Assembly: GCA_020073105.1 (NCBI GenBank)
Contig: JAIQFW010000002.1
Coordinates: 6,353 to 70,352 of the forward strand
Source: Terriglobia bacterium
Lineage (GTDB): Bacteria > Acidobacteriota > Terriglobia > Terriglobales > Acidobacteriaceae
Reading direction: 5' to 3'
DNA length: 64,000 nucleotides
Shown one piece after another: positions 8,079 through 17,727 of this stretch. Numbering within the stretch: position 1 is the stretch's first letter; the number at the start of each line of letters is the position of its first letter. Under the pieces are notes generated by a model. It did not search any database and was not told the origin of the DNA. It saw only the letters and a program-made list of their open reading frames with translations. Position numbers and translations under genes: made by a program.

Positions 8079-9911
8079 CTAGTTGTTCTCGTTCCCGGCC
8101 CGCTTCCAGGTGATCAAGTCGCCAATCGTCGACCCGCCAGTGCTCGCCGCCGGATGCTTATAGGCCTCGACCTCCGTACGGGAAGCTTCTTCGCCCACCG
8201 CCTTGATGCTGAGCCCGACCTTCTTCTCTTCCGGATTCATCTTGATGATCTTGAAGTCGTGCTCCAGTCCGGGCTCCAGCGTCATGGGTTGGCCATTGCC
8301 GTCCACAGCTTCCGAGTTGTGGCAGAGGCCTTCGATCCCGTCAGCAATTTCCACAAATGCGCCAAAGCTGGCCACCCGCAGGACTTTGCCCTTCAACACG
8401 TCACCGACATGATGCTGCTGGAAGAAGCTCTCCCAGACGTCGGGTTGGAGTTGCTTGACTCCCAGCGACAGCCGCCGCTTGTCGGGTTCGATGGCCAGGA
8501 TCACGGCCTTTACCCGGTCGCCCTTCTTCAGCACTTCCGAAGGATGCTTCACGCGCTTGGTCCAGCTCAAGTTGCTGACATGGACCAGCCCATCGATGCC
8601 GTCTTCGATCTCGATGAACGCCCCGAAGTCCGTCAGGTTGCGTACCCGGCCCTCCACGGTTGCGCCCACCGGATACTTCTCATGCAGCGCGTCCCAGGGA
8701 TTGGTCGCCAGCTGCCGCATGCCCAGCGAAATGCGCCGCTCGGTCGGGTTCACATTGAGGACCACACACTCCACATGGTCGCCCACGTTCACCAGCTTGG
8801 AAGGATGCTTCATGCGCTTGGACCAGGTCATCTCGCTGACATGGACCAGCCCTTCGATGCCCTGCTCCAATTCGACAAACGCGCCGTAGTCGGTCACGCT
8901 AATCACGCGTCCGCTGACGTGGGCACCCACGGGATAGCGGTGCTCCGCGTCCAGCCAGGGATCAGGCGTGAGCTGTTTGAAGCCGAGAGAAACGCGCTGC
9001 TTGTCTTTGTCGAACTTCAACACCTTCACCTGGATCTGGTCACCCACGTTGACCAGATCGCGAGGATGCGTCAACCGGCCCCAGGACATGTCGGTGATAT
9101 GCAGCAAGCCGTCAATTCCGCCCAGATCAACAAACGCGCCGTAATCGGTGAGGTTCTTCACCACTCCGGTCAGGACCCCGCCTTCTTCCAGATGCTCCAG
9201 CGTCTTGGACCGCTTCTCGCTCTGTTCCTCTTCCAGCACCTGCTTGCGCGAAACCACGATGTTGCCACGCTTTTTGTTCAGCTTGATGATCGCGACGTCG
9301 AGGACCTGGCCTTTCACCGCGTCCAGGTTTCGGGTCGGACGCAGGTCGGCCTGGGACCCGGGCAGGAATGCCCGCGCGCCCATAATATCTACAGTCAGGC
9401 CGCCTTTGATGCGCTCGACAACCACCGCCCGGATGGGTTTCTTTTCGTTGTGCGCCTTCTCAATCTCGTCCCAGGCGCGCAACTTCTGCGCCTTCTGATG
9501 CGACAGATTGATGTAGCCCTCCTCGGTCTGCCCCTTGTCGCGCATGACCGCGATTTCGTCGCCGGGTTGAAATCTGGGATTGCCTTCATGGTCCAGAACC
9601 TCGGCCAGCGGCAGCATACCCTCCGACTTAGCGCCAATGTCCACGACGACGTGCGTCGGAGTTAGCTTCAGTACCGTACCTTTGATGACTTTATCGTCGC
9701 TGGCAGCTTCTTCCGTCTCGGTAGTGAAAATCTCCAAAGCCGAGGCGAAGTCATCGGCGCCGGGGGTACTGGCTGACTTTTCTTCTTGGGGTTGGACAAG
9801 TTGAGGTTGAGGAGCGACATCGGTTTCCGGTGCTGGGTCTGCACGGTGTTCAGTCAATGTTGAAGTCGCGGATTCCAGGGTGGGGGCAGTGTTATCGTCG
9901 AACAAGGTCAT
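8079..9911 (-). CDS. rpsA: 30S ribosomal protein S1
   Basis: 610 aa with six repeated S1 domains (G.V..V...GAFV.L..G..GL.H.SE). Acidic/Pro-rich N-terminal extension. Confidence 0.95.
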   Translation of the reverse strand: MTLFDDNTAPTLESATSTLTEHRADPAPETDVAPQPQLVQPQEEKSASTPGADDFASALEIFTTETEEAASDDKVIKGTVLKLTPTHVVVDIGAKSEGMLPLAEVLDHEGNPRFQPGDEIAVMRDKGQTEEGYINLSHQKAQKLRAWDEIEKAHNEKKPIRAVVVERIKGGLTVDIMGARAFLPGSQADLRPTRNLDAVKGQVLDVAIIKLNKKRGNIVVSRKQVLEEEQSEKRSKTLEHLEEGGVLTGVVKNLTDYGAFVDLGGIDGLLHITDMSWGRLTHPRDLVNVGDQIQVKVLKFDKDKQRVSLGFKQLTPDPWLDAEHRYPVGAHVSGRVISVTDYGAFVELEQGIEGLVHVSEMTWSKRMKHPSKLVNVGDHVECVVLNVNPTERRISLGMRQLATNPWDALHEKYPVGATVEGRVRNLTDFGAFIEIEDGIDGLVHVSNLSWTKRVKHPSEVLKKGDRVKAVILAIEPDKRRLSLGVKQLQPDVWESFFQQHHVGDVLKGKVLRVASFGAFVEIADGIEGLCHNSEAVDGNGQPMTLEPGLEHDFKIIKMNPEEKKVGLSIKAVGEEASRTEVEAYKHPAASTGGSTIGDLITWKRAGNENN

Positions 9912-10297
9912 GGCCTCTCTGCTGTAGTCGCACGTCGCGTGCGAAGGATGCGGGAGTTGCTTAGCGGACTGCTGGAGTGAGCCTCTGTTTGTGTTGAGCC
10001 CGTCCTGGCGAACGGACTAGGACAATCCCAGCGGTCGGACGTCTGTAAAGCGAACCCGCGTCCAAAAGGGAACTCTTCGACTATAGCAACCGATTCCAAA
10101 CAGTGTCAATTGCCCAACCCACGGTTTTTTGGGACAAGTGACACTTTCTTGCACTTTTGAGTGCTGTCCCGCGGCGCAGAGCTTCCCGGGTCGGGTTTTG
10201 ACGGCCACAGCACGCCTGCTTTACGGCTCTATCGCAGGCCTCGGGCTCCGGCTCTGGGCTACCCACCAACCGCCGCACCGGACGTTACAATACCGGG

Positions 10298-11080
10298 GTG
10301 GACGCGGCTGCAACTCCAGCTACGGAAACCGGTTCCCCGGCACAAGGGCGTTTTACCCCGTGGCAACGATTCCTGCTGTGGCTGATTGAACGGGCGGGGT
10401 ATCTAGTTATTTGGGCGATCGGGGTGACCATGAAGTTCGCAGTTTCGTGGGAGGAGGGCTCTCCTGCCGGCCTGGATGAGCGCCCGTTCGTGTATAGCTT
10501 CTGGCACAGCTGCATGCTCCCAGCCATGTATTTCTGGCGCCATCGACAAGTCCGGGTGATGAGCAGCGACAGCTTTGACGGAGAGTACACGGGCCGGATC
10601 ATGCAAAGGTTCGGATTTGTAAAGGTACGCGGGTCAAGCAGCCGTTTCGCAGTGCGGGCGCTCCTGCGGATGCGGCGTGAACTCGAGCGAGGCTGGATAG
10701 TGGCCTTTACCCTCGACGGACCCCGAGGACCGCGATACGTCGCCAAGCCGGGGCCAGTGCTCTTGGCAGGCGCGACGGGTGCGCCCATGGTTGTCTTCCA
10801 CATCGCCCTGAGTGACGCCTGGATACTGAATACCTGGGACAAGCTCATGATTCCAAAACCATTCTCGCGGGCTCTGATGCGGGTAAGCCGCCGCATGCCG
10901 GTTCCGGGCGACGCCGGCGAGGTTCAAAAACAGCAATCTCTGGAAGAGCTGCAGGTCTCGCTGGATCGAGTCCGGGAGTTCGCAGAGGCCAATGTGGCCA
11001 AGGCGGGAAGTGCGGAATTTCCGTTCTTTGACGGCGTAGCACCGGTTTCAGGTGGAGCAGGGCCTTCGGCCCTGCAATGA
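10298..11080 (+). CDS. DUF374-domain (lysophospholipid acyltransferase-like) protein
   Basis: SFWHSCMLP, FDGEYTGRIMQRFGF..VRGSSSR and FTLDGPRGPRY motifs. GTG start is uncertain. The last 13 codons lie in a repeat element. Confidence 0.78.
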   Translation: MDAAATPATETGSPAQGRFTPWQRFLLWLIERAGYLVIWAIGVTMKFAVSWEEGSPAGLDERPFVYSFWHSCMLPAMYFWRHRQVRVMSSDSFDGEYTGRIMQRFGFVKVRGSSSRFAVRALLRMRRELERGWIVAFTLDGPRGPRYVAKPGPVLLAGATGAPMVVFHIALSDAWILNTWDKLMIPKPFSRALMRVSRRMPVPGDAGEVQKQQSLEELQVSLDRVREFAEANVAKAGSAEFPFFDGVAPVSGGAGPSALQ

Positions 11081-11128
11081 GAGTTTCTCTGCACCGGTTT
11101 CAGGTGGAGTAGGGCCTTCGGCCCTGCA
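11039..11128 (+). repeat. tandem duplication (period 52 nt) of a GGTGGAGCAGGGCCTTCGGCCCTGC hairpin element
   Basis: GCACCGGTTTCAGGTGGAGCAGGGCCTTCGGCCCTGCA at 11039 and again at 11091 with one mismatch. A related copy lies at 58555-58582. Confidence 0.9.
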
Positions 11129-11360
11129 TGGGAGGCTCTCGAATCAATGAGGGGCTTTAGCCCCCTGGCGATAGGCCAGTTCACCGTTCGCACTTTGCGC
11201 TCTTTGCGGCAGTCCTTCGCGAACTTTGCGGTAAAGAGTACCTGACTGGCAATTCGCAAGGTAAATAGGAATGCAGACCAAACTGACACGCAACGTCGGC
11301 CTCTGGGGTACGCGGACTTCATATACAATTTTCCTTCACCATCAATGACACCCAGGACCC

Positions 11361-12296
11361 ATGGCCGCGACCATTCTTGACGGCAACAAAATCGCTGCCG
11401 AAATTCGGGCTGAAGTCGCCGCCGGGGTGAAGACCATGGCGGCCGCAGGGGTGCGCCCTGGCCTCGCCGTGGTGCTGGTCGGTCACAATCCCGCTTCGGA
11501 GATCTACGTTCGCGGAAAAGTAAAGAGCTCGGAGGAAGTCGGCCTCCACAGCGAAAAGCACACCCCACCGGAAAGCGTCTCGACTGACGAGCTGCTTCGC
11601 CTGATCGCCGATCTGAACCGGCGGGATGAGATCGATGGCATTCTGGTGCAGCTTCCGCTGCCGCCGCAAGTCGATTCCAAGCGAGTCCTGCTGGCCGTCG
11701 ATCCCGCGAAGGATGTGGACGGTTTCCATCCCATGAACGTCGGCTTTCTTTCGACCCAGAGACCCGGCCTGGTGCCGTGCACGCCGGCAGGCATCATGGA
11801 GATTCTGAAGCGCAGCCACATTCTGATCGCCGGGCAGGAGGCTGTGGTCGTCGGACGCAGCGACATCGTGGGCAAACCGACAGCCATGCTGCTGATCAAT
11901 GCCAATGCGACGGTGACCATCTGCCACTCGAAGACCCGCGACCTGCCCGGAGTCTGCCGGCGAGCGGACATTCTGGTGGCTGCGATCGGCCGCGCGGGAA
12001 TGATCACTCGCGACTTCGTGAAACCGGGTGCGACCGTGATTGACGTCGGCATGAATCAGGTGACCACTCGGACCGAGTTCGAGCGCTTGTTCGCTGGCAA
12101 CGCCAAACGGGAAGAGGCGTTCCGGGCGAAAGGTTCGACGTTGGTGGGAGACGTTCACCCCCAGGTGGCGATGGTCGCTGGAGCGATTACTCCCGTGCCA
12201 GGTGGCGTCGGCCCCCTGACCATTGCCATGCTGATGGCAAATGCGGTCCGGGCGGCGAGGCTGCGGCGAGGTGTCCCAGAATTTTCGAAGGCTTGA
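11361..12296 (+). CDS. folD: bifunctional methylenetetrahydrofolate dehydrogenase/cyclohydrolase
   Basis: ILDGNKIAAEIR, ASEIYVRGK, GILVQLPLP, VVVGRSDIVGKP and ITPVPGGVGPLT motifs. Confidence 0.93.
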   Translation: MAATILDGNKIAAEIRAEVAAGVKTMAAAGVRPGLAVVLVGHNPASEIYVRGKVKSSEEVGLHSEKHTPPESVSTDELLRLIADLNRRDEIDGILVQLPLPPQVDSKRVLLAVDPAKDVDGFHPMNVGFLSTQRPGLVPCTPAGIMEILKRSHILIAGQEAVVVGRSDIVGKPTAMLLINANATVTICHSKTRDLPGVCRRADILVAAIGRAGMITRDFVKPGATVIDVGMNQVTTRTEFERLFAGNAKREEAFRAKGSTLVGDVHPQVAMVAGAITPVPGGVGPLTIAMLMANAVRAARLRRGVPEFSKA

Positions 12297-12297
12297 G

Positions 12298-12337
12298 TTC
12301 CTCTGTGTCCTCCGCGTACTCTGCGTTGAGGGTTTTT
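12298..12337 (+). repeat. 9-nt-periodic CTCTGYG repeat unit, single arm
   Basis: TTCCTCTGTGTCCTCCGCGTACTCTGCGTTGAGGGTTTTT in the folD/coaE spacer. Confidence 0.85.
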
Positions 12338-12338
12338 C

Positions 12339-12968
12339 TTGCTAAAAGTAGGTCTCACCGGTGGAATCGCCGCTGGCAAATCCGTTGTAGGCGAGATGCT
12401 GGTCGCGCTTGGCGCTCATTTGATCCAAGCCGACGCCATCGCCCACCAACTGATGCAGCCGGGCCAGCCGGTCTACGAGGAAGTCGTGCGCCACTTCGGC
12501 GCTGGCATCCTGAATCCCGACAGTACCGTCAATCGGGCCCGCCTCGCCGAAGCCGCATTTGGCGGTCCCAATTCCCGCATTCAGGAGCTGAACAAAATCG
12601 TCCATCCCGCCGTAGTTAAGAAACAGGACGAATGGATGGAAGAGGTGGGCCGTCAGAATTCCAAGGCGATCGCCATCGTGGAAGCCGCTCTGATTCTGGA
12701 AGCCGGAGCCGCGGAGCGTTTCGACCGGCTGGTGGTCGTGACCTGCCGTCCCGAACAACGTGTTGAACGCTGGGCCGCGCGATTGAAGGTCGATCTGGAG
12801 ACGGCTCGTCGCGAGGTTGAACGGCGGATGGCTGCACAGTTCCCGGACGAAAGAAAGATCAAAGCCGCAGATTACGTCATCGACAACTCCGGCTCGCTGG
12901 ATGAGACCCGCAAGCGAGTGAGAGAAGTGTTCGAGAAGCTGAAAGCCGAAGCTGAGCGAAGCCCTTGA
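12339..12968 (+). CDS. coaE: dephospho-CoA kinase
   Basis: N-terminal LKVGLTGGIAAGKS P-loop and HPAV motif. TTG start lies inside a repeat tail. Confidence 0.9.
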   Translation: MLKVGLTGGIAAGKSVVGEMLVALGAHLIQADAIAHQLMQPGQPVYEEVVRHFGAGILNPDSTVNRARLAEAAFGGPNSRIQELNKIVHPAVVKKQDEWMEEVGRQNSKAIAIVEAALILEAGAAERFDRLVVVTCRPEQRVERWAARLKVDLETARREVERRMAAQFPDERKIKAADYVIDNSGSLDETRKRVREVFEKLKAEAERSP

Positions 12969-12991
12969 CTCCGAATTCAGTACAATTAATT

Positions 12992-13025
12992 CAGATCTGC
13001 GTAAATCTGTGGCTGAGGGTTTGAC
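12992..13025 (+). repeat. ATCYGCG-type unit, single
   Basis: CAGATCTGCGTAAATCTGTGGCTGAGGGTTTGAC, 6 nt before the htrA-like ATG. Confidence 0.75.
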
Positions 13026-13030
13026 GTTCT

Positions 13031-14173
13031 ATGAGGCTGTTACGACCCATTCTCCTGGCTCTGCTTCTGGTCGGCGCATTTTTCTATTTCACGACTTATC
13101 GTTCGGCTCGAGGCCGGCTGGCCGACTGGATCGGCCGCCCCAACAAGGTGGAAATTACCGAGGCGGCCAGTGGCACCGAAGTGCTGGACGCCGAAGAACA
13201 GAACAACATCAGCGTCTATCGCAAGAACATCGCGTCTGTGGTGAACATCACCTCGCGGGCGGTGACGTTTGATTTCTTCTACGGGCTGGTGCCCGAGGAG
13301 GGCCAAGGGTCGGGCTTTATCATTGACAAAGAGGGCCACGTCCTCACCAACTACCACGTGATCGCGGACGCGCGCCAAGTTGAGGTCACGCTCCACAACC
13401 GCAAAAAATACAAAGCGACGATTGTCGGCACCGACCGCTCGCACGATCTGGCCGTGGTGCAGATCAAAGCGCCCGACCTCCAGCCCATGACGCTAGGCGA
13501 CTCGACGAACCTGCAGGTCGGGCAGAAGGTGTATGCGATTGGCAATCCCTTTGGCCTGTCCGGCACACTGACGCGAGGGATTGTGAGTTCGATCCGTTCG
13601 GTGCAGGAACCTAACGGGCAGAGCATCGACGAAGCCATTCAGACTGATGCCGCTATCAATCCCGGAAACTCCGGCGGGCCGTTGCTCAACTGGCACGGCG
13701 AGGTCATCGGCATCAACACCATGATCGCCTCCAGCGTTGGACAGAGCGCGGGCATCGGTTTTGCCATTCCAATCAATACCGCGAAAGCTGTCCTCAATGA
13801 CTTGGTCACTCTGGGACGGGTGCGCCGCCCGGCGATGGGAGTACGGACCATTCCCGTCGATCCCGACTTGGCTGACCAATTGGGCCTGGCGGCAGATTAC
13901 GGATTGCTGATCGTGCAAGTTGTTCCTGGAGGGGCGGCCGACCGCGCAGGACTGCATGGCGGCAACGAGCGCGCCTATCTGGGCAACGTGCCCATCGCGA
14001 TTGGTGGCGACCTAATTGTTGCCATCGACGGCGAGAGAGTCGAAGACCAGCAGGACCTGGCCCGGATCATGAACAAGCACCGCGCCGGAGATGCCGTCCA
14101 CGTGACTATCTACCGCGGCAAGAAGAAACTGCAGGTCGAGGTCACGCTGGGCGAAGTGCGGGAGCAGGTTTAG
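13031..14173 (+). CDS. HtrA/DegP-family serine protease with PDZ domain
   Basis: TM anchor, then LTNYHV, DLAVV and GNSGGPL (His-Asp-Ser), followed by a C-terminal PDZ-like region. Confidence 0.9.
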   Translation: MRLLRPILLALLLVGAFFYFTTYRSARGRLADWIGRPNKVEITEAASGTEVLDAEEQNNISVYRKNIASVVNITSRAVTFDFFYGLVPEEGQGSGFIIDKEGHVLTNYHVIADARQVEVTLHNRKKYKATIVGTDRSHDLAVVQIKAPDLQPMTLGDSTNLQVGQKVYAIGNPFGLSGTLTRGIVSSIRSVQEPNGQSIDEAIQTDAAINPGNSGGPLLNWHGEVIGINTMIASSVGQSAGIGFAIPINTAKAVLNDLVTLGRVRRPAMGVRTIPVDPDLADQLGLAADYGLLIVQVVPGGAADRAGLHGGNERAYLGNVPIAIGGDLIVAIDGERVEDQQDLARIMNKHRAGDAVHVTIYRGKKKLQVEVTLGEVREQV

Positions 14174-14185
14174 GAAAAACCTCCT

Positions 14186-14321
14186 CAACGCAGAGGACGC
14201 AAAGGCCGCAGAGTAAACAAAGAAAATACTCAGTCCTCCGTGGTCCTCTGTGCCCCCCTGTGGTTCAGATTTGACTTTTACCTCTGCGTCCTCGGCGTAC
14301 TCTGCGTTGAAAGCCTTTGAC
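14186..14321. repeat. cluster of three CTCTGYG-type units (one reverse, two forward)
   Basis: CAACGCAGAGGACGCAAAGGCCGCAGAG ... CCTCCGTGGTCCTCTGTGCCCCCCTGTGGTTCAGATTTGAC ... CCTCTGCGTCCTCGGCGTACTCTGCGTTGAAAGCCTTTGAC. Confidence 0.85.
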
Positions 14322-14453
14322 TTTGGCTTGCGACCACGATAACTTGTCCTTCTGCCTATGACTGCCGTCCGCTAGTCCGTGTCTCTTGCGATCCTGCGCC
14401 GCAGTGTGCGCAATCGCTTCCCGTTTTCCACCAAAATCAGAGAGGATATTTCC

Positions 14454-15272
14454 ATGGACTTCGTGGATCAATCATTAGCTCGCCGCCTGGAATCGGCAGA
14501 GGAGATGCCGCAGGTGCACTACGCCAAGCTGTATCAGAAGCTGTGTCCTGAGATCGGTGCCGCGGTCGAGCCCATCTGTGGCGGACACATGATTTTTGCG
14601 GGAGTTGGATCGCCGATCGGGCGCACAACCGGCATGGGTTTCGACGGTTCGGCTACCGCCACCGACCTCGACCGCATGGAGGAGTTTTACCGGGCGCACA
14701 AGGCTCCTTCGCAAATTGACGTCTGCCCGCTCACCGACCCGTCGCTCCTCGAACTGCTCAAGCCCCGCCGCTACGAAATGGGCGAGTTGAACAACGTGCT
14801 GTTTCGCAAGCTGGACGGCGTGGATGCGGGCATGGCGCCTGCCGGAGCCACAATTCGCCAGGGGCAGGCCCAACGGGCCGAGGAGTTTGCCGACATCGTG
14901 GTACGCAGCTTCTTTCCTGACGGAGATGCTCCCGAGGGTTTCACCGCGATGATTTCTCCGATCTATCAGATTGACGGGGCAATCCTGTTCGTCGCAGAAA
15001 TTGACGGTAAGCCGGTGGCGTGTGGCGCCGGACTGATCATCCCGGAGCATCGAATCCTGGCGTTGTTCGGGGCCGGAACTCTGCCCGAGTTCCGGCGGCG
15101 CGGTTTGCAGACGGCGCTGCTCCGCAAGCGCATGGCGGTCGCAGCCAAGGCTGGCTGCGAGTACGCCGTGATCGTGACTCGGGGAGGAACCACTTCCCAG
15201 CACAATGCCGAACGTCTGGGCTTCCGCGTCGCCTATAGTAAAGCCACGCTGGTGAAAGAGCTAAGAGACTGA
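14454..15272 (+). CDS. GNAT-family N-acetyltransferase
   Basis: C-terminal RRRGLQTALLRKRMAVAAKAGCEYAV acetyl-CoA binding motif (R/Q-x-x-G-x-G/A). Start moved to the ATG with a GAGAGGA Shine-Dalgarno sequence. Confidence 0.75.
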   Translation: MDFVDQSLARRLESAEEMPQVHYAKLYQKLCPEIGAAVEPICGGHMIFAGVGSPIGRTTGMGFDGSATATDLDRMEEFYRAHKAPSQIDVCPLTDPSLLELLKPRRYEMGELNNVLFRKLDGVDAGMAPAGATIRQGQAQRAEEFADIVVRSFFPDGDAPEGFTAMISPIYQIDGAILFVAEIDGKPVACGAGLIIPEHRILALFGAGTLPEFRRRGLQTALLRKRMAVAAKAGCEYAVIVTRGGTTSQHNAERLGFRVAYSKATLVKELRD

Positions 15273-15280
15273 TTTTTTTT

Positions 15281-15365
15281 ACCGCAGAGGCCGCCGAGAC
15301 CGCCGAGAAATCATAGATCTCAGAATTTCTCTGCGTACTCAGCGTCCTCTGCGTTTCAAGATTTT
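15281..15365. repeat. inverted pair of CTCTGYG-type units (imperfect ~30-bp hairpin)
   Basis: CGCAGAGGCCGCCGAGACCGCCGAGAAAT ... ATTTCTCTGCGTACTCAGCGTCCTCTGCG + TTTCAAGATTTT. Confidence 0.88.
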
Positions 15366-15387
15366 AGGTTCAGATACATGGGACACT

Positions 15388-15762
15388 ATGACCGTTGATG
15401 ACATTCGCGAATTCTGCCTTTCCTTCCCGCAGGCCACTGAAAACCTGCAGTGGGGAGACGACCTCTGCTTCAAAGTAGCGAAGAAGATATTTGCCATCGT
15501 GAGCCTGGAATCGGTTCCTCCCAAGCTTTGCTTCAAGTGCACGCCGGAGAAGTTCGCCGAGCTGTGCGAACTGGAAGGCATCGTCCCCGCGCCCTATGTC
15601 GGCCGCTACAAGTGGGTTCTGGTGGAGCGGCTGGATGTTCTCAAAGATGACGAACTGCAAGACCTCATCCGGCAGTCGTACGAGATGGTAGCTGCGAAGA
15701 GCAAACCCAAAAGCGTGAAACGCAGAGGACGCCGAGTGCGCAGAGTGAAGAAGAAAAAGTAA
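15388..15762 (+). CDS. MmcQ/YjbR-family protein
   Basis: IREFCLSFPQATENLQWG.DLCFKVAKKIFA and PAPYVGRYKWV motifs. The Lys/Arg tail is encoded by a repeat arm. Confidence 0.75.
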   Translation: MTVDDIREFCLSFPQATENLQWGDDLCFKVAKKIFAIVSLESVPPKLCFKCTPEKFAELCELEGIVPAPYVGRYKWVLVERLDVLKDDELQDLIRQSYEMVAAKSKPKSVKRRGRRVRRVKKKK

Positions 15763-15831
15763 ATCCGCTATTGAGGGTTTCTCCGCGCCTTCTGCGGCTC
15801 TTCTCAGCGGTCTCTGCGTTAAGTGTTTGAC
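15719..15831. repeat. inverted pair of CTCTGYG-type units; left arm is coding
   Basis: AACGCAGAGGACGCCGAGTGCGCAGAG ... CTCCGCGCCTTCTGCGGCTCTTCTCAGCGGTCTCTGCGTTAAGTGTTTGAC. Confidence 0.85.
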
Positions 15832-15969
15832 CCTAATTTGACTCCCCCTCATCCCCTAAGCTAGCCTCAAGAGTCTGCCCAGGGCCTGCTTCCCGAGCCT
15901 GATCGCGGACGGATCAAGCTGCACCCGGCGTGACGGGCCAGACAGCCCGTTTCCCCAGTCCACGATTCC

Positions 15970-17727
15970 ATGCGATTCAACCGCAAGCCACTGATTCTGC
16001 TGCTTCTGGCGGCCCTGGTAGCCGCTGTCGCGCCGCTGCAGGGCTCGGTTCTTCCAGCCCATGCCCCCCATGCCATGGTGGCCAGTGTTCATGGGCTGGC
16101 TTCGCAGGCAGGTGTCGAGATCATGAAGGCGGGAGGTAACGCGGTGGACGCCGCAGTGGCCATCGGCTTCGCGCTCGCCGTCGTTCATCCTCAAGCGGGC
16201 AACCTCGGCGGCGGCGGATTCATGCTCATCCGCATGGCCGACGGCAAGACCCACTTCATCGACTACCGCGAGAAAGCTCCCGCGGCCGCCACCGCCAATA
16301 TGTACCTGGACGCCCAGGGCAACGTAATCGAGAATGCCAGCGTTGTCGGGTATCGTGCCATCGCTGTCCCCGGGTCGGTTGCGGGCATGGTTTACGTCGA
16401 GAAGAAGTACGGCAAGCTGACCCTCGACCGCGTAATGGCCCCGGCCATCAACTTGGCCCGCGGCTTCCCGCTGGCCTGGGAAGACGCCCGGGATCTCCAG
16501 CAGGACGAGGATCTCGCCAGGTTCCCCGAATCGCGCCGCATCTTTCAGCGAGGTGGGAATTACTACAAGCAGGGAGGGATTTTCCGCCAGCCAGACTTGG
16601 CGCGAACTCTGGAGCGCATTGCCGCCAATCCGGACGAGTTCTACCACGGGGCCATGGCACGTGAACTGGCGGCTTCCATTCAGAAAGGCGGCGGTCTCAT
16701 CACCCAGGACGATCTTGCACGCTACGAAGTGAAGGAACGCGAGCCCGTCCGCGGCACCTATCGCGGGTACGAGATTATCAGCGCTCCTCCACCGTCCTCG
16801 GGTGGAACCGCGCTGCTTGAGATACTCAACATCCTGGAAGGGTACGATCTGGCGAAAGCTGGCAATCGGTCATCCGAATCAGTCCACCTCACGGTCGAGG
16901 CATTCCGTCGCGCCTTCTACGATCGGGCCGAATTTATGGGTGATCCCGATTTTTCCAAACTTCCAGTTGCCCAACTCATTGACAAGAAATATGGCGTAGC
17001 CTGGAGGGAATCACTCGACCCGGCGCACGCCAGTGTCAGCAAAGACCTGAAGCGTCCTGCGATCTTCAACGAGCTGGAACAGTATGCTTCTCAGCATGCG
17101 CAACCCATGGCGGTGCCGGAACCGGAGCACACCACGCACTACTCGGTGGTGGACGCCGCCGGCAATGCGGTTGCCGTCACCACCACGCTGAACGACGATT
17201 TCGGTTCGCGCGTGACCGCCGAAGGGCTTGGCTTCCTCTTGAACGACGAGATGGACGATTTCTCCGCCAAGCCGGGCGTCCCTAATCTCTATGGCTTGAT
17301 TCAGGGCCCGGCGAACGCCATCGGTCCCGGCAAACGGCCCCTGTCGGCGATGACCCCAACGATTGTCCTGAAAGACGATAAGCTATTCCTGGTGCTCGGT
17401 TCGCCGGGCGGGTCAAAAATCATCACGACGGTCGCGAATATCCTGATGGGCGTAGTGGATTTCGGCATGAACATTCAGGAAGCTGTGGAAGCGCCACGTT
17501 TCCATCACCAGTGGCTGCCGGATAAGGTGAATGTGGAACAATGGTTCTCGCCGGACACCGTGAAGGCGCTCGAGGCCAAGGGACACCACGTCGAACGGGG
17601 AGTCACCGTGGGAGCAGAGTGGGAGCCCTACTGGAGCGACGGCGAGTGTGTCGCGATTGACCAGAAGACCGGCGAGCGCCTGGGCGCCAGCGACGGCAGA
17701 CACAACGGAAAGGCGATTGGCTACTAA
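15970..17727 (+). CDS. ggt: gamma-glutamyltransferase
   Basis: Signal peptide. MVAS.H.LASQAGVEIMKAGGNAVDAAVA. Autoprocessing site EHTTHYSVVD. GSPGGSKIIT. Confidence 0.93.
   Translation: MRFNRKPLILLLLAALVAAVAPLQGSVLPAHAPHAMVASVHGLASQAGVEIMKAGGNAVDAAVAIGFALAVVHPQAGNLGGGGFMLIRMADGKTHFIDYREKAPAAATANMYLDAQGNVIENASVVGYRAIAVPGSVAGMVYVEKKYGKLTLDRVMAPAINLARGFPLAWEDARDLQQDEDLARFPESRRIFQRGGNYYKQGGIFRQPDLARTLERIAANPDEFYHGAMARELAASIQKGGGLITQDDLARYEVKEREPVRGTYRGYEIISAPPPSSGGTALLEILNILEGYDLAKAGNRSSESVHLTVEAFRRAFYDRAEFMGDPDFSKLPVAQLIDKKYGVAWRESLDPAHASVSKDLKRPAIFNELEQYASQHAQPMAVPEPEHTTHYSVVDAAGNAVAVTTTLNDDFGSRVTAEGLGFLLNDEMDDFSAKPGVPNLYGLIQGPANAIGPGKRPLSAMTPTIVLKDDKLFLVLGSPGGSKIITTVANILMGVVDFGMNIQEAVEAPRFHHQWLPDKVNVEQWFSPDTVKALEAKGHHVERGVTVGAEWEPYWSDGECVAIDQKTGERLGASDGRHNGKAIGY

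Noticed and set aside
7977-9665. 562-aa ORF on the plus strand
   Set aside because: Exactly antisense to rpsA, with Leu/His/Arg/Asp-rich low-complexity translation and no recognisable motifs. A shadow ORF typical of GC-rich DNA.
14186-15831. Possible CRISPR array, because of regularly spaced short repeats
   Set aside because: The units are 9-nt periodic within elements of about 40 nt, often in inverted pairs, scattered one per spacer between genes. There are no unique spacers of uniform length and no cas genes.
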